DNA from: Bacteroidota bacterium
GTDB taxonomy: Bacteria > Bacteroidota > Bacteroidia > Bacteroidales > CAIXTV01
Assembly: GCA_037144095.1 (NCBI GenBank)
Contig: JBAWXL010000001.1
Span: forward strand, 1-51,032
Reading direction: 5' to 3'
Length of the DNA: 51,032 nt
Position 1 is the stretch's first letter; every line of letters starts with the position of its first letter. Of this stretch, positions 41,401 to 45,420 are shown in pieces. A program made the translations under genes and the position numbers. The notes below the pieces were generated by a model. It saw only the letters and a list, made by a program, of their open reading frames with translations, did no database searches and was not told where the DNA came from.

Positions 41401-44400
41401 CGGTTGATAACATTCCACCACTTACCTGTACAAGCACAACTTTTTACTGGTCTTCACCGCATCCTGTAGGATTTTACACTTTTGTTTTTAAAGCTGATTA
41501 TAATAATCATGTTGCAGAAATAAGCGAATTCAATAATAATGCGACGGTTTCTACCACATTAATTAGTTGTAAACCTGACTTGACTGTTTTTGGATGTCAA
41601 AGTTTGGTTGTTGATCCAACCGATCCATTACATCCAGGAAACATTAAACTTACTGCAACTATAGCAAATTATGGTTTAATATCTGCAAGTAATTTTATCG
41701 TTAGATTTGATGTTGATGGAACCCCTTACGATTACAGCTTCACAAATACACTGAATTCAGGACAAACGCAAACCATTGACACTGTTGTTCCTTCTCCGTC
41801 TTATGGTTGTCATCCTTACAGCGTCACTGCTGATTACGGGAATATTATTAACGAATCGAACGAGTTAAATAATGAAGCTACTGGCGATTTAAGTTGGGAC
41901 TTCTACTTAAGTGATGGATGTTGGGGTGGATGTTTTTGGGATTATACGCAAACTAAAGGTCAGCCCGTTACTCTAAATGTGGCTGTCAATAACCCAGGGC
42001 TTTATAGAGCTTCCAATTTATTTGTGAAATTTGAGGTTCAGGGTCCTGGATTACCTGCGGGTTGGACAAACTTAGGAAATGCTCATACTTTCTGTGGAAG
42101 TACCTTCTGTAATTGCCCCTTTGGAATCAACCTTCCTACTCCATTTGCATTCCCTCTAGCAGGAGATTATCTTGTTAAGATGACTGCAGATCCCGGGCAT
42201 TTGTATCATGAGTGTAATGAATTTAACAATGAACTTATTGTTACAGTTCATGTTACAGATTTACCAGATTATAGAGTACTATCACAATATATAGCTCCAT
42301 CATGGTTGAATCCTGAACTAAATGATTCAATCTCTATTGATTTGACTTATGAAAATATCGGAATGTCGAGTATAACTCCAATTGTACTATACTGCCGAGT
42401 AGATAACACCTTCCTCGATGCATTTACGGTTCCTGGTTTGGCTCATGGCACATTTACTACGTTCCATGTAACAAAAAAATGGGCTTCTAATATTCGGGGT
42501 ATACATATAATTCGATCTATCATTGATTATACTCATGCTGTTACTGAAACTGATGAACTTAACAATGAAGCTACTAGAGCAATAATTGTTGGTAAAGCAC
42601 CTAATTTAGTGCCCGTGCCTTATAGCATGACATTCAGTGATAGTGTGCCTTCTTTAGGTGAACAAATTTTAATAAGTACTAGCATTAAGAATGTTGGTTA
42701 CGACTCATGTCGAGCCACCTATTCATTGTATTATTTGGATGATTCACTTGTTGAACACCCAATTGGACACCAAATTTTTACTTGGGATACATCACAAACC
42801 AGAATTATCACTATCCCTTGGACGGTTGTCGATACTAAAACAACAATTATTGGTAGAATCTCAGACGGTGATCCTGTTGAGTATGACATTACAGATAATG
42901 AAATTAGCAAGGATTTAGGAGGTGCAATGCATTTAAGTTTTGTTACTACTCCTGCCTCTTGTTATGGAAGTACCGATGGAAGCGCCAAAGTAATTATTTC
43001 TGGTGGGCAGTCACCGTATAATATTTTATGGAGTAATGGACAAACTAATGATTCCATTTCTGGTGGTGCGGGGACTTATACACTCGTTGTTACTGATGTT
43101 AACGGATTAACTCTTAACGGACTTGCAACGATATTACAGCCGCCACCGCTTTATGCCGGTATTAGTATTTCCAGCTCAGCTACTTTTAATTGTGTGAATA
43201 CTCCGGTGACTTTCACAGCCATACCAACCAATCAGGGTCTTCATCCTGAAATTCAATGGAAGAAAAACGGGCTTAATGTGGGTAGCAATAGTTTAACTTA
43301 TACTTATATACCTAATGAAGGCGATTCGATTTGGTGTACTTTAGCATCCAGTGAATCCTGCATTTTTGATAACCACGCAACCAGTAACGTGAAGGTAATT
43401 CATATTACTCAAACTCCAGACCCCGCTGGTCCAATTTTCGGATTAAGCACTGTCTGTCAAGGACAAATGGAGGTAGTTTACCATATTGATTTAGTTCCCA
43501 ACGCTTATCAGTATCAATGGTCTTTACCTAGTGGTGCTCATGGCTTGAGCTCGTCTTCTTCTATTACTGTGTATTTTGATAATTCCGCAACTACTGGTAA
43601 TATTACTGTGAGAGGAATGAACTACTGTGGTATTGGTGATTCTTCAACTAAGATTGTTGTTGTAAATCCAAAACCTCTTGTTCCTGATACTATCACCGGC
43701 TTAGCCACAGTTTGTCAGGGTCAAACAGGTATTAGCTATTCTGTTCCTGATGCAACCTATGCTACTTCTTATGAGTGGACTTTACCTTCGGGAGCCACTG
43801 GAGCAAGTACAACTACTAATATAATTGTTGACTATGGTTTTGCTGCTGTTTCAGGAAACATTTCTGTAAGAGGTCATAATGATTGTGGACTTGGTCCGGT
43901 TTCAAACCTTTTCATTAATGTCAATCTTACACCATCAACTCCTCTTACTGTAACCCTATCTGGTTCTACCAGTTTTAATGCTGGCGACACAGTTCAATTA
44001 ACTGCTTTAATTACCAATGGCGGAATTTCTCCAACTTATCAATGGTATTTAAACGATGTGGCTGTTGGAGATAATAACCCTGTGTTCAGTTTTATTCCTC
44101 AGGATTTAGATAGTGTTTATTGCAGTGTAATTTCTTCTTTAAGTTGCATACCTGTTAATACAGCAAGATCTGATGTGGATATTTTCCATATTAATTTCTT
44201 TAGAACTATTAAACTGAAGCTCTTCTTAGAAGGATTGTTTGATGATAACACAAATACAATGTTTGAAGCAAATGATATTAATTGGACGAATGGCAATGTA
44301 TTTCCTAAATTTGGAGCGGGCATAGCGGATAGAATTAGTATCGACCTGTTCAGTGAAAATTCTCCTTTTGATCCAATTGGTGTCAGTTTAACAGGCGTTG

Positions 44401-44837
44401 ACTTAGCCACAACCGGTTGGGCAAGTGTTCAGATTGCTGATACCCATCACGGAAACTATTTCATTAGGGTTCGCAATCGAAACCACTTAGAAGTTTGGTC
44501 TTCCATTCCAGTTCCATTTAATACGAATCCTGTTGTTTATAACTTCACTAATGATGCATTAAGGGCATACAAAATCTATGGAGGCATCGACCCACAAGCT
44601 CAGGTTAATCCAAATGTGTATGCTTTATATGCCGGCGACTTTGATCAAAATCTATTAGTTGACTTTGACGACTTCAATATTTTTAATCCCTACTTAAGCG
44701 AAGGGGTTTATGGATTTACTGATGCTGACCTTAATGGTAATGGGTTAGTTGATTTTGATGACTTCAATATTTTTGAACCAAGACTTATTGAAGGTCCATT
44801 TTCACAATATCCGGGAATGCCCTCCGGAACTCCTTAA
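23412..44837 (+). CDS. Giant secreted multidomain surface protein (about 7,141 aa from this Met; the ORF opens at 23337)
   Basis: The track shows a single uninterrupted ORF, 23337..44837. The Met at 23412 starts a typical signal peptide (MKKLLFFLIFAFALNAFLNRTVNAQ). The domain series is described in the sub-features and findings. Confidence 0.9.
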   Translation: MKKLLFFLIFAFALNAFLNRTVNAQSWQNVGSIVGFSDNNTPTHITLDTNGVPYVVYNDIANGNKATVKKFDGTNWVPVGVEGFSAGVIVSEKIAIDHNGTPFVAYSDLANSGKLTVMKFDGTNWVSVGSTGFSTGPTGDIDLKISNSGIPYVAFVTSSGITVKKFDGTDWINVGSANFNTTAGETCFAFDNNEIPYVSFFDGSDVQIKIMKFDGSNWIYVASGFGGGMELFPTIAFNSSNILYVAYLNKYQGCATMKKLENNNWVTVGQPNISNSIYVEEVTMAIDNHDIPYVCYHDFYQDPWTVLDKAFVKKFDGSNWVSVGTGSISIAIWYPRMVINSSGTPYMCFVDDGDGNTLKVNKFSCVPPSIASQSTDGQTQCIGGIFNPITVVSSDTNLTYQWYSNSVASNIGGISLGTDNGAQSSSYTPQSSMAGTLYYYCVVTGDCDSVLNSAVSGAFIVTTLPNAPTNTTPPANQTISSGTSTNLSASGIGTLGWYDAASGGNLVGTGANFTTPVLAANTTYYVQDSADCGASLTRTAITVTVNCIVNIPDANFKAALLAIPGLDANSDGEIQCSEAATFTGQLIVSGKGISDLMGIEAFTQIWYLDCRSNALTSLDVSGNTALTMLYCGYNSLTSLNVSANTALQFLDCSPNSLTNLNVLSNIALTDLICGGNPLTSLNISSNIALTRLICDHNLLTSLDVSSNTSLIHLYCNFNSLTSLDVSSNIALSSLYCGDNSLTSLDVSSNTALNQLDCHNNHLTSLNVSSNHALTDLECQFNSLTSLDVSNTNLTFLLCSDNLLATLDVSSIPTLTYFNCCQNSLTSLDVKNGNNTALTYFYASNNPDLTCIKVDDVSWSNANWTNKDYTASYSIDCICENPSITSQLTDGQSQCINGTFNPISVSATGTNLMYQWFKNNSNNYDGGISLGIDNGAQTNTYTPQASVVGSLYYYCIVSGDCGSPQTSAVSGVFEVVGAIVTTDEITNISETGMTYGGNVVSDCGLEVTARGICGSTSHNPTLADHVTVDGSGTGAFTNSLTGITGGLTYYARAYATNSAGTTYGNEVTFTIPCTTTAITGQSIDGQVQCLNGTFTPISVSAVGTNLIYQWYKNTMASNSGGTLIGGAQNNSYTPQASLIGNAYYYCVVSGDCGIAQTSAVSGAFEVKPNTIITGQSTNGQSMCLNGTYSEIHVYADGFVPTFQWYSNTIASNTGGTSLGFANGAQTNTYTPQANVVGTLYYYCEVGSGCGLMKTSAVSGAFITNSGTPPDMPTNVTATPSSLCQGSQTHLNATSPGSVIFWYTSPTGGMPIGSSASGVDFPISVGSTTTYYAGASTNFVGNQTFNYTGSQQTFIVPAGVTSMDVTLYGGQGGLGIFSGTQAGGLGGMATGTLAVTPGQTLYINVGQGGVSSSGSVDSAYNGGGAAYGTSGNNRGAGGGASDIRINGSSLTNRVIVAGGGGGACGPSYAGAVGGGLNGGNAIGGIPGLGGTQISGGNSYSGYGLTNGSLGQGGGVVGTSYTIAGGGGGYYGGGAGNGAGGGSSYIGGVINGTTTSGVHSGNGQIIISWSVVGCTSVSRTPVVLNINSVPVASASNNSPKCASDTINLISGGGVSYSWSGPNGFNSSEQNPSINNVTLANAGTYTVTVTNEFSCTSIASTNVIINAAPTVIASNNSPVCNGSNLLLASSEGVSHSWIGPNGFNSSEQNPSIIGVSSDAAGTYTVSVMNSEGCIGLNTTLVTFNPIPDLASNVTATPSSVCAGSTTNLNATALNQTIFWYTSPIGGIPIGSSQSGVDFTITPDSTTTYYAEASSTNIGSQTFEYTGSQQTFTVPAGVMSISIDAYGAQGGGNKNGSTGGLGGRIQASSVLVTPGSTIYVNVGGAGVIGNSNGGFNGGGHSSYYNYTGSGGGASDVRVGGAGLYNRVIVAGGGGGAGLNCSGSNEWGGAGGGSIGGTGWQCGSQNYYVGYGGTQYGGGAYGTNYGQGCATNGSLGQGGNGACTYGGGGGGGYYGGGGGGYGGGGGGSSYTSGSLIDDLQGVRSGNGQIIISWSAQGCASLSRTPVVIDIKPVPVVSALSNSPLCGTSTLNLTGEGGVSYSWSGPNSFSSTEQNPIITNVTTANAGRYFVTVTGENGCTAIAYTDVIVNSLPLLTSTSNSPICEGSTLNLTSSEGVSYSWTGPNGFSSTDRNPTLNNVTLGASGIYSVSVMFANGCLVSVFDTVLVQPLFDPISNITATSPISCGQSSSLNATSLGGSINWYTDAIGGIPIGNSNSGADFSVSPTVTTIYYAESHNTCSSAIRTSVTVIVNSIEAPTNANASSPSICSGDSTNLSAISTANLIYWYSSPVGGSIVGISNSGSNFNVKPDSTTTYYAEANNVLVNGGLDSLTFNYTGGEQTFTVPMGVNTVTIEAFGAQGSGGNGGYGGFAKGTMSVIPGQVLNVYVGGQTGYNGGGNGWASTIRNGGGASDVRLGGTALTNRIIVAGGGGSSSGDGNYQGGVGGGGVPIGLNFVGGGGGIGYGGYGGAGSIDGGTGNTSCHAGGAGGGGMNSGGSPSCNTCYTGSCGTAGTLGQGGNGDTWENGYCHNSVGGTSGGGGGYFGGGGTSTGNCGGGGGGGGSSWTGTLTNPSFIAGSQSGNGQVVISWNSMPVTCPSSSRTPVTVTVNPAFTVIASSNSPLCVGNTLNLTSSDGVSYLWTGPDNFTSTEQNPSIPNVKWSASGTYTVTVTNEFGCSKTATTNVIIDNFNGTIIPQGSTTFCMGGSVLLSSTTGNGYSYQWKLNGNEIPGATNSTYSADSSGDYTVFVTNSNGCTATFGSDLVSSAGGYSIHKFLSNGTFVVSSDINAKVLVVAGGGGGGTNMGGGGGGGGVIYDTSYAISPGSYAITVGTGVAGAPAGTGGHPNIPGSNGGNSIFSTLTAIGGGYGGTSPNSMGIQVGNSGGSGGGTSGYNDNWVSPGYYGSGEGTLGQGYRGGYQGNQYYSGGGGGAGGAGADGNNQANGGPGLYCDILGTSYYWGGGGGGAGYSIGGGNGGIGGGGGGAIGITTGGAGYNNGLPGTDGCTSCQANVPGGNAGANTGGGGGGGSHYNYNNKGGDGGSGIVVIAVPNSIDSGISSPVSVVVRPFQTPNPMITANGPTTFCSGNSVTLDAGSYSSYIWSSGSISESINVSNGGVYSVTITDENGCIGSTSQNVTVNPNPTYPYISLNGSATFCEGGSLVMDAVGGFSSFVWSNGVTSETDTVTSTGYYVVTVTNEFGCVNSASIYIQVNPNPIVNISANGPVVFCPGGSVALDAGSYASYLWNTNEVTKTITTSNTGIYSVTVTDGNGCTGSASQEVTVNGVKPIVTCPSDQILISSSDQCGANASFTASTDFGTLSYSLYSGEITSPYFFPVGNNIVTTIATNGTCYDTCIFNITVNDTTAPVISDCPSNIVQTCQGAVYYTVPTVTDNCNSSVSGSHTFNYTGSPETFIVPDGVFSITVKAWGAGGGGGGHDGRFGGNGGGGAFVKSNIPVNPGEVLTLYVGGGGTFGVGCNSNSGHGTGGFGFGTGGNGGDPGPCGCSGAGGGGGGGSAVVHGITPLLVAAGGGGGGGAGNDVDAGNGGGGNVNGYGTNNSSGGNFGANGINVGTNGENRSSSLCDGGSGGGGGGGFHGGLGGSSPFNGDASGGGGGGGSSLGDSIANGIEKIAGNSFLLSALCPTCSTGGSGQNNGSYGQTSGGDGLLVISYDAVFPKLIQTAGLNSGDVFPTGTTTNTFLAIDGSGNTTTCSFTVTVQDSILPKIITNGNTTFCEGGNVVLDAGSYLSYVWNTGDSTETITAVTGGVYSVTVTNGNGCAGVASITLIRNPKPAPTITGGSMFCTSGIIDAGIYNSYLWNDESTQETLTVTSTGNYSVTVTDGNGCIGTSSLGVVVNSLPSNAQMISGANIVCQGQSETFSVPQINNADYYVWSLPSGATGSSSLDSIIVSFNNSAISGNISVFGHNSCGDGLSSSLYTAVNPLPSGIITSQGSTTFCQGGSVLLSTTYNSDYSYQWTNNGNNILGATNSTYIAEFAGIFSVIVTNSNGCSSTIGSDLPTGGTLTNIGGYRIHTFTSDDTLNVPFGFNTNARVLVVAGGGGGCTAGGGGAGGFIETMVPLSSGIIPITVGAGGNGSDGNSPTNGGNSVFQSLIAIGGGGGGGANGTATAGHAGGSGGGGGMNSSISIENGYGGSGTPGQGHDGGTIAGQSCSPCGGGGGAGGPGGAGAYGQMFGGPGLPSSISGTTVYYAGGGGGGSYCAGAGQGGIGGGGAGNGGYGSPGNSGTPNTGGGGGGANWGPGGGAGGSGIVIVAYPDSITSSITVTINTDSPVPGFIVSDTIPVVGELVAFTDTTHGLGNSRFWNFGDGSTSTDLNPIHAYTQGGIFNVKLIESNCAGSDSIFEIVHVTYQMCTNSSTTDSYGTLYDSGGPNNNYNSNENCSFLINPGCLAILLDITSLNTENGYDYLNLYDGDNSSAPLLLHATGNILPGVVTATSGKCFVTFHSDGSVVGSGFTLNWTTAPLTIPSSAFTISNPNPIAGQSVAFINNTSGTNTQLWHFGDGSTSTDLNPTHTYNTGGIFDITLVEMNCAGSDSITQTITVVPQGTYYRICADASSSDASGTLFDIGGPNLNYENNENCNFLINPGCLAVTLSLTSLNTENGYDYLNLYDGDNSNAPLLLHATGSTLPGAVTATSGKCYVTFHSDGSAVGSGFTLNWTTAPLVVSQPGFIISNTSPIVGQPIAFADTTHGNGNTRLWDFGDGNISIDLNPTHFYSDGGTYNIKLIEYNCSGSDSVTKTINVQNNSVQVQDVTICEGNSGVLAAHLTYECASSYLWNTGETTGSIDVTSGGIYCVTVTDCFGNSDVTCASVNMNLLPEAAGLITGSAFVCSGQNEVAYIIDTIPNATSYIWTLPNGTTGVSNNRYIVINYTDNAVSGDITVKGLNSCGEGITSTLHITVKPLPVISYTSIPSLNVCIGDSITLNGTGASYYSWSNEINDGVTFVPINSSTYYVTGTDSTGCSAIAQVHVTVGGTFDLSTSFVDATCGQTNGSASVMALGGNIGSSSPETYNYLWDSNAGNQTTATANSIGAGSYSVTVTDANGCSKTTSVSISDIQDTLGGHIQGSTTVCAGTNSTLLTLSGYSGNIIKWQSSQDNWNTFNDITNTSNTFTVENLINTTQYRAIVQNGMCNPVYSTIATITVHLLVEAAGEITGPIRVCQGQSNVLYSVPPIINATSYIWTLPNGTMVSTVKDSLFVNFTSNLISGNIAVKGHNDCGDGVGSVLAIDVNPLPGQPGSISGNANICLSQNQYMQTYSVAPVTDALTYIWSLPSGIMGSSDSSSINVYLISEANGYITLKGENSCGFGPSSQFHVVINSPSIAPTEISGEISKCIGSSATLYVNGGFLGSGATWHWYSDNLGNNPLGTGSSISLIPVLNDMLYVRAEGICNNTDFAVRTVTEPINHPPTLSYTGNPGFTNHFVDPTDGLPSGHFIFKVRYTNVDGLMPSATYPRVMLDFEGNGVYTNPNDRMFYMNPVDPNDLDVTDGKDYYYDAFTLPESANWTTTFVASDDSTCSTSTNTLVEPMVMTKADITIFANDITFSNYHPNPSDFITVNATVHNYSGRSADEFIVHLRNQFDTTVVFPDILIHHLGPYSSTNVSWDIQTPDLPAWCPMQVFIDYTNVIDEPNELDNQAIRPFTNGHYTLPGKIMITAYPSPTVAPRYSNVTISGSAWYVGTAVHLTDSSCAGATVTWNVVETGATGSTYSNSLGNYSFGIWAPWSPSTYHVKVHITDYTLDGDTATQFDITESVCIAPDLVSSINIGPATVWPGWCHWNSCVNILLNQALSGTVTVTNQGNAPSGPSTLNIDANGCLPNPSGNYPIPALAIGASFVVNLPPAMTYNTLGGYGISSTADVFGVVPECYEYNNSNSVCIMVHPPMPDIVSSGYLYNEYNECQFNNITFNLDNQGGVATGPFENSLDIYLGGIYQTTLYNTVDNIPPLTCTSTTFYWSSPHPVGFYTFVFKADYNNHVAEISEFNNNATVSTTLISCKPDLTVFGCQSLVVDPTDPLHPGNIKLTATIANYGLISASNFIVRFDVDGTPYDYSFTNTLNSGQTQTIDTVVPSPSYGCHPYSVTADYGNIINESNELNNEATGDLSWDFYLSDGCWGGCFWDYTQTKGQPVTLNVAVNNPGLYRASNLFVKFEVQGPGLPAGWTNLGNAHTFCGSTFCNCPFGINLPTPFAFPLAGDYLVKMTADPGHLYHECNEFNNELIVTVHVTDLPDYRVLSQYIAPSWLNPELNDSISIDLTYENIGMSSITPIVLYCRVDNTFLDAFTVPGLAHGTFTTFHVTKKWASNIRGIHIIRSIIDYTHAVTETDELNNEATRAIIVGKAPNLVPVPYSMTFSDSVPSLGEQILISTSIKNVGYDSCRATYSLYYLDDSLVEHPIGHQIFTWDTSQTRIITIPWTVVDTKTTIIGRISDGDPVEYDITDNEISKDLGGAMHLSFVTTPASCYGSTDGSAKVIISGGQSPYNILWSNGQTNDSISGGAGTYTLVVTDVNGLTLNGLATILQPPPLYAGISISSSATFNCVNTPVTFTAIPTNQGLHPEIQWKKNGLNVGSNSLTYTYIPNEGDSIWCTLASSESCIFDNHATSNVKVIHITQTPDPAGPIFGLSTVCQGQMEVVYHIDLVPNAYQYQWSLPSGAHGLSSSSSITVYFDNSATTGNITVRGMNYCGIGDSSTKIVVVNPKPLVPDTITGLATVCQGQTGISYSVPDATYATSYEWTLPSGATGASTTTNIIVDYGFAAVSGNISVRGHNDCGLGPVSNLFINVNLTPSTPLTVTLSGSTSFNAGDTVQLTALITNGGISPTYQWYLNDVAVGDNNPVFSFIPQDLDSVYCSVISSLSCIPVNTARSDVDIFHINFFRTIKLKLFLEGLFDDNTNTMFEANDINWTNGNVFPKFGAGIADRISIDLFSENSPFDPIGVSLTGVDLATTGWASVQIADTHHGNYFIRVRNRNHLEVWSSIPVPFNTNPVVYNFTNDALRAYKIYGGIDPQAQVNPNVYALYAGDFDQNLLVDFDDFNIFNPYLSEGVYGFTDADLNGNGLVDFDDFNIFEPRLIEGPFSQYPGMPSGTP
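23490..24500 (+). other. Domain region: about 7 beta-propeller-like blades
   Basis: A unit of about 45-50 aa recurs with the motif [KM]KFDG[TS][ND]W[VI].VG (KKFDGTNWVPVG, MKFDGTNWVSVG, KKFDGTDWINVG, MKFDGSNWIYVA, KKFDGSNWVSVG). Confidence 0.55.
25050..26040 (+). other. Domain region: about 14 leucine-rich repeats
   Basis: A 22-23 aa period reads LTSLDVSSNTALT.L.C..N.LTSL.VS.N. It has an N-terminal cap (IPDANFKAALL) and a C-terminal cap (NPDLTCIKVDD). Confidence 0.8.
27432..28109 (+). other. Glycine-rich module, type I, copy 1
   Basis: QTFNYTGSQQTFIVPAGVTSMDVTLYGGQGG ... [26 protein letters not shown] ... SGNGQIIISW. Confidence 0.8.
28857..29552 (+). other. Glycine-rich module, type I, copy 2
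   Basis: QTFEYTGSQQTFTVPAGVMSISIDAYGAQGG ... GGGASDVRVGGAGLYNRVIVAGGGGG ... SGNGQIIISW. Confidence 0.8.
30561..31341 (+). other. Glycine-rich module, type I, copy 3
   Basis: LTFNYTGGEQTFTVPMGVNTVTIEAFGAQGSGG ... [25 protein letters not shown] ... SGNGQVVISW. Confidence 0.8.
31863..32705 (+). other. Glycine-rich module, type II, copy 1
   Basis: GGYSIHKFLSNGTFVVSSDINAKVLVVAGGGGGG ... GGNSIFSTLTAIGGGYGG ... GGDGGSGIVVIAVP. Confidence 0.75.
33757..34563 (+). other. Glycine-rich module, type I variant, copy 4, nested in a HYR domain
   Basis: SHTFNYTGSPETFIVPDGVFSITVKAWGAGGGGGG ... LLVAAGGGGGGG ... GGDGLLVISY. Confidence 0.7.
35628..36368 (+). other. Glycine-rich module, type II, copy 2
   Basis: GGYRIHTFTSDDTLNVPFGFNTNARVLVVAGGGGG ... 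GGNSVFQSLIAIGGGGGGG ... GGAGGSGIVIVAYP. Confidence 0.75.
36400..37830 (+). other. Domain region: PKD-CUB-PKD-CUB-PKD
   Basis: The PKD motif is F.D.S.G....W.FGDGSTSTDLNP.H.Y...G.F.V.L. The CUB-like blocks read GTLYDSGGPNNNYNSNENCSFLI ... YDYLNLYDGDNSSAPLL ... FHSDGSVVGSGFTLNW, twice. Confidence 0.75.
40188..42920 (+). other. Domain region: about 7 CARDB-like repeats
   Basis: The units start [AKLM]PD[IL]... and close with E[LF]NN[EN]A-type motifs (NELDNQAIRPF, EFNNNATVS, ELNNEATGD, EFNNELIVTV, ELNNEATRAI). Confidence 0.65.
44634..44800 (+). other. C-terminal dockerin-like pair of EF-hand-type Ca-binding loops
   Basis: GDFDQNLLVDFDDFNIFNPYL and DADLNGNGLVDFDDFNIFEPRL form a duplicated D.D.NG...VD..DF segment. 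Confidence 0.55.
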
Positions 44838-44861
44838 GGTAGGAGAACTATGAAATGAAAT

Positions 44862-44890
44862 CTGTGAATAGTTAATTTAACTATTCACAG
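44862..44890 (+). terminator. Terminator hairpin after the giant gene
   Basis: CTGTGAATAGTTAA-T-TTAACTATTCACAG forms 14-nt complementary arms, 25 nt after the stop. Confidence 0.65.
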
Positions 44891-44904
44891 ATACATATAT
44901 AACG

Positions 44905-44946
44905 AAGGAGACAAAGATATTTTGTAAATCATATCTTTGTCTCCTT
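44905..44946. terminator. Second strong hairpin (16-bp stem), possibly a bidirectional terminator
   Basis: AAGGAGACAAAGATAT-N10-ATATCTTTGTCTCCTT followed by CTTAATTT. Confidence 0.6.
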
Positions 44947-44997
44947 CTTAATTTATGCTCTTGATAGACAACATTTAATTTACGGAGAGGAGGGGTG

Positions 44998-45047
44998 ATA
45001 ATTGCGAATTATCATGTGTTCAAAGCCGATTTGCAAAATCGGCTTTG
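44998..45047. repeat. Dual-hairpin intergenic element, copy 2
   Basis: ATAATTGCGAATTATCATGTGTTCAAAGCCGATTTGCAAAATCGGCTTTG. The second hairpin has a perfect 12-bp stem. It lies 3' of the minus-strand gene ending at 45093. Confidence 0.6.
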
Positions 45048-45092
45048 AATGGTTGCGTTAAATAAATATATGAAGCTTAGGGGGGGGTAGTC

Positions 45093-45287
45093 CTAGGCTA
45101 TTTCATATTCTACCTTATTTATGTTTTTCATTTTCTTTGAAGCATTAAGAACTTCAATCCCAACAATAGAACCTTCATTATCATAATCTAATATGATACC
45201 TGATTTTTCCTCATCACTTTCATTGATTTTATTATCGCTGAACTGAATATAGAGCACATCTACTTCTTTATCATATTTTACCTTCAT
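45093..45287 (-). CDS. DUF2283-family small protein (antitoxin-like), with no partner gene
   Basis: MKVKYDKEVDVLYIQFSD ... GIILDYDNEGSIVGIEVLNASK is the typical DUF2283 pattern. The ORF extends to 45335, but the Met at 45287 fits the family N-terminus. Confidence 0.7.
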   Translation of the reverse strand: MKVKYDKEVDVLYIQFSDNKINESDEEKSGIILDYDNEGSIVGIEVLNASKKMKNINKVEYEIA

Positions 45288-45420
45288 TGTATTTTTTATT
45301 TTAGATGTTTTGTAAACGGTTAAGAATAATAGCAAATAACTCTGAGTTTAAAGTAGAAATGCAATTACTTAGTAACTGCATTACATATATTTATATTTAG
45401 TGATCAGAGGGGGGCTCATT

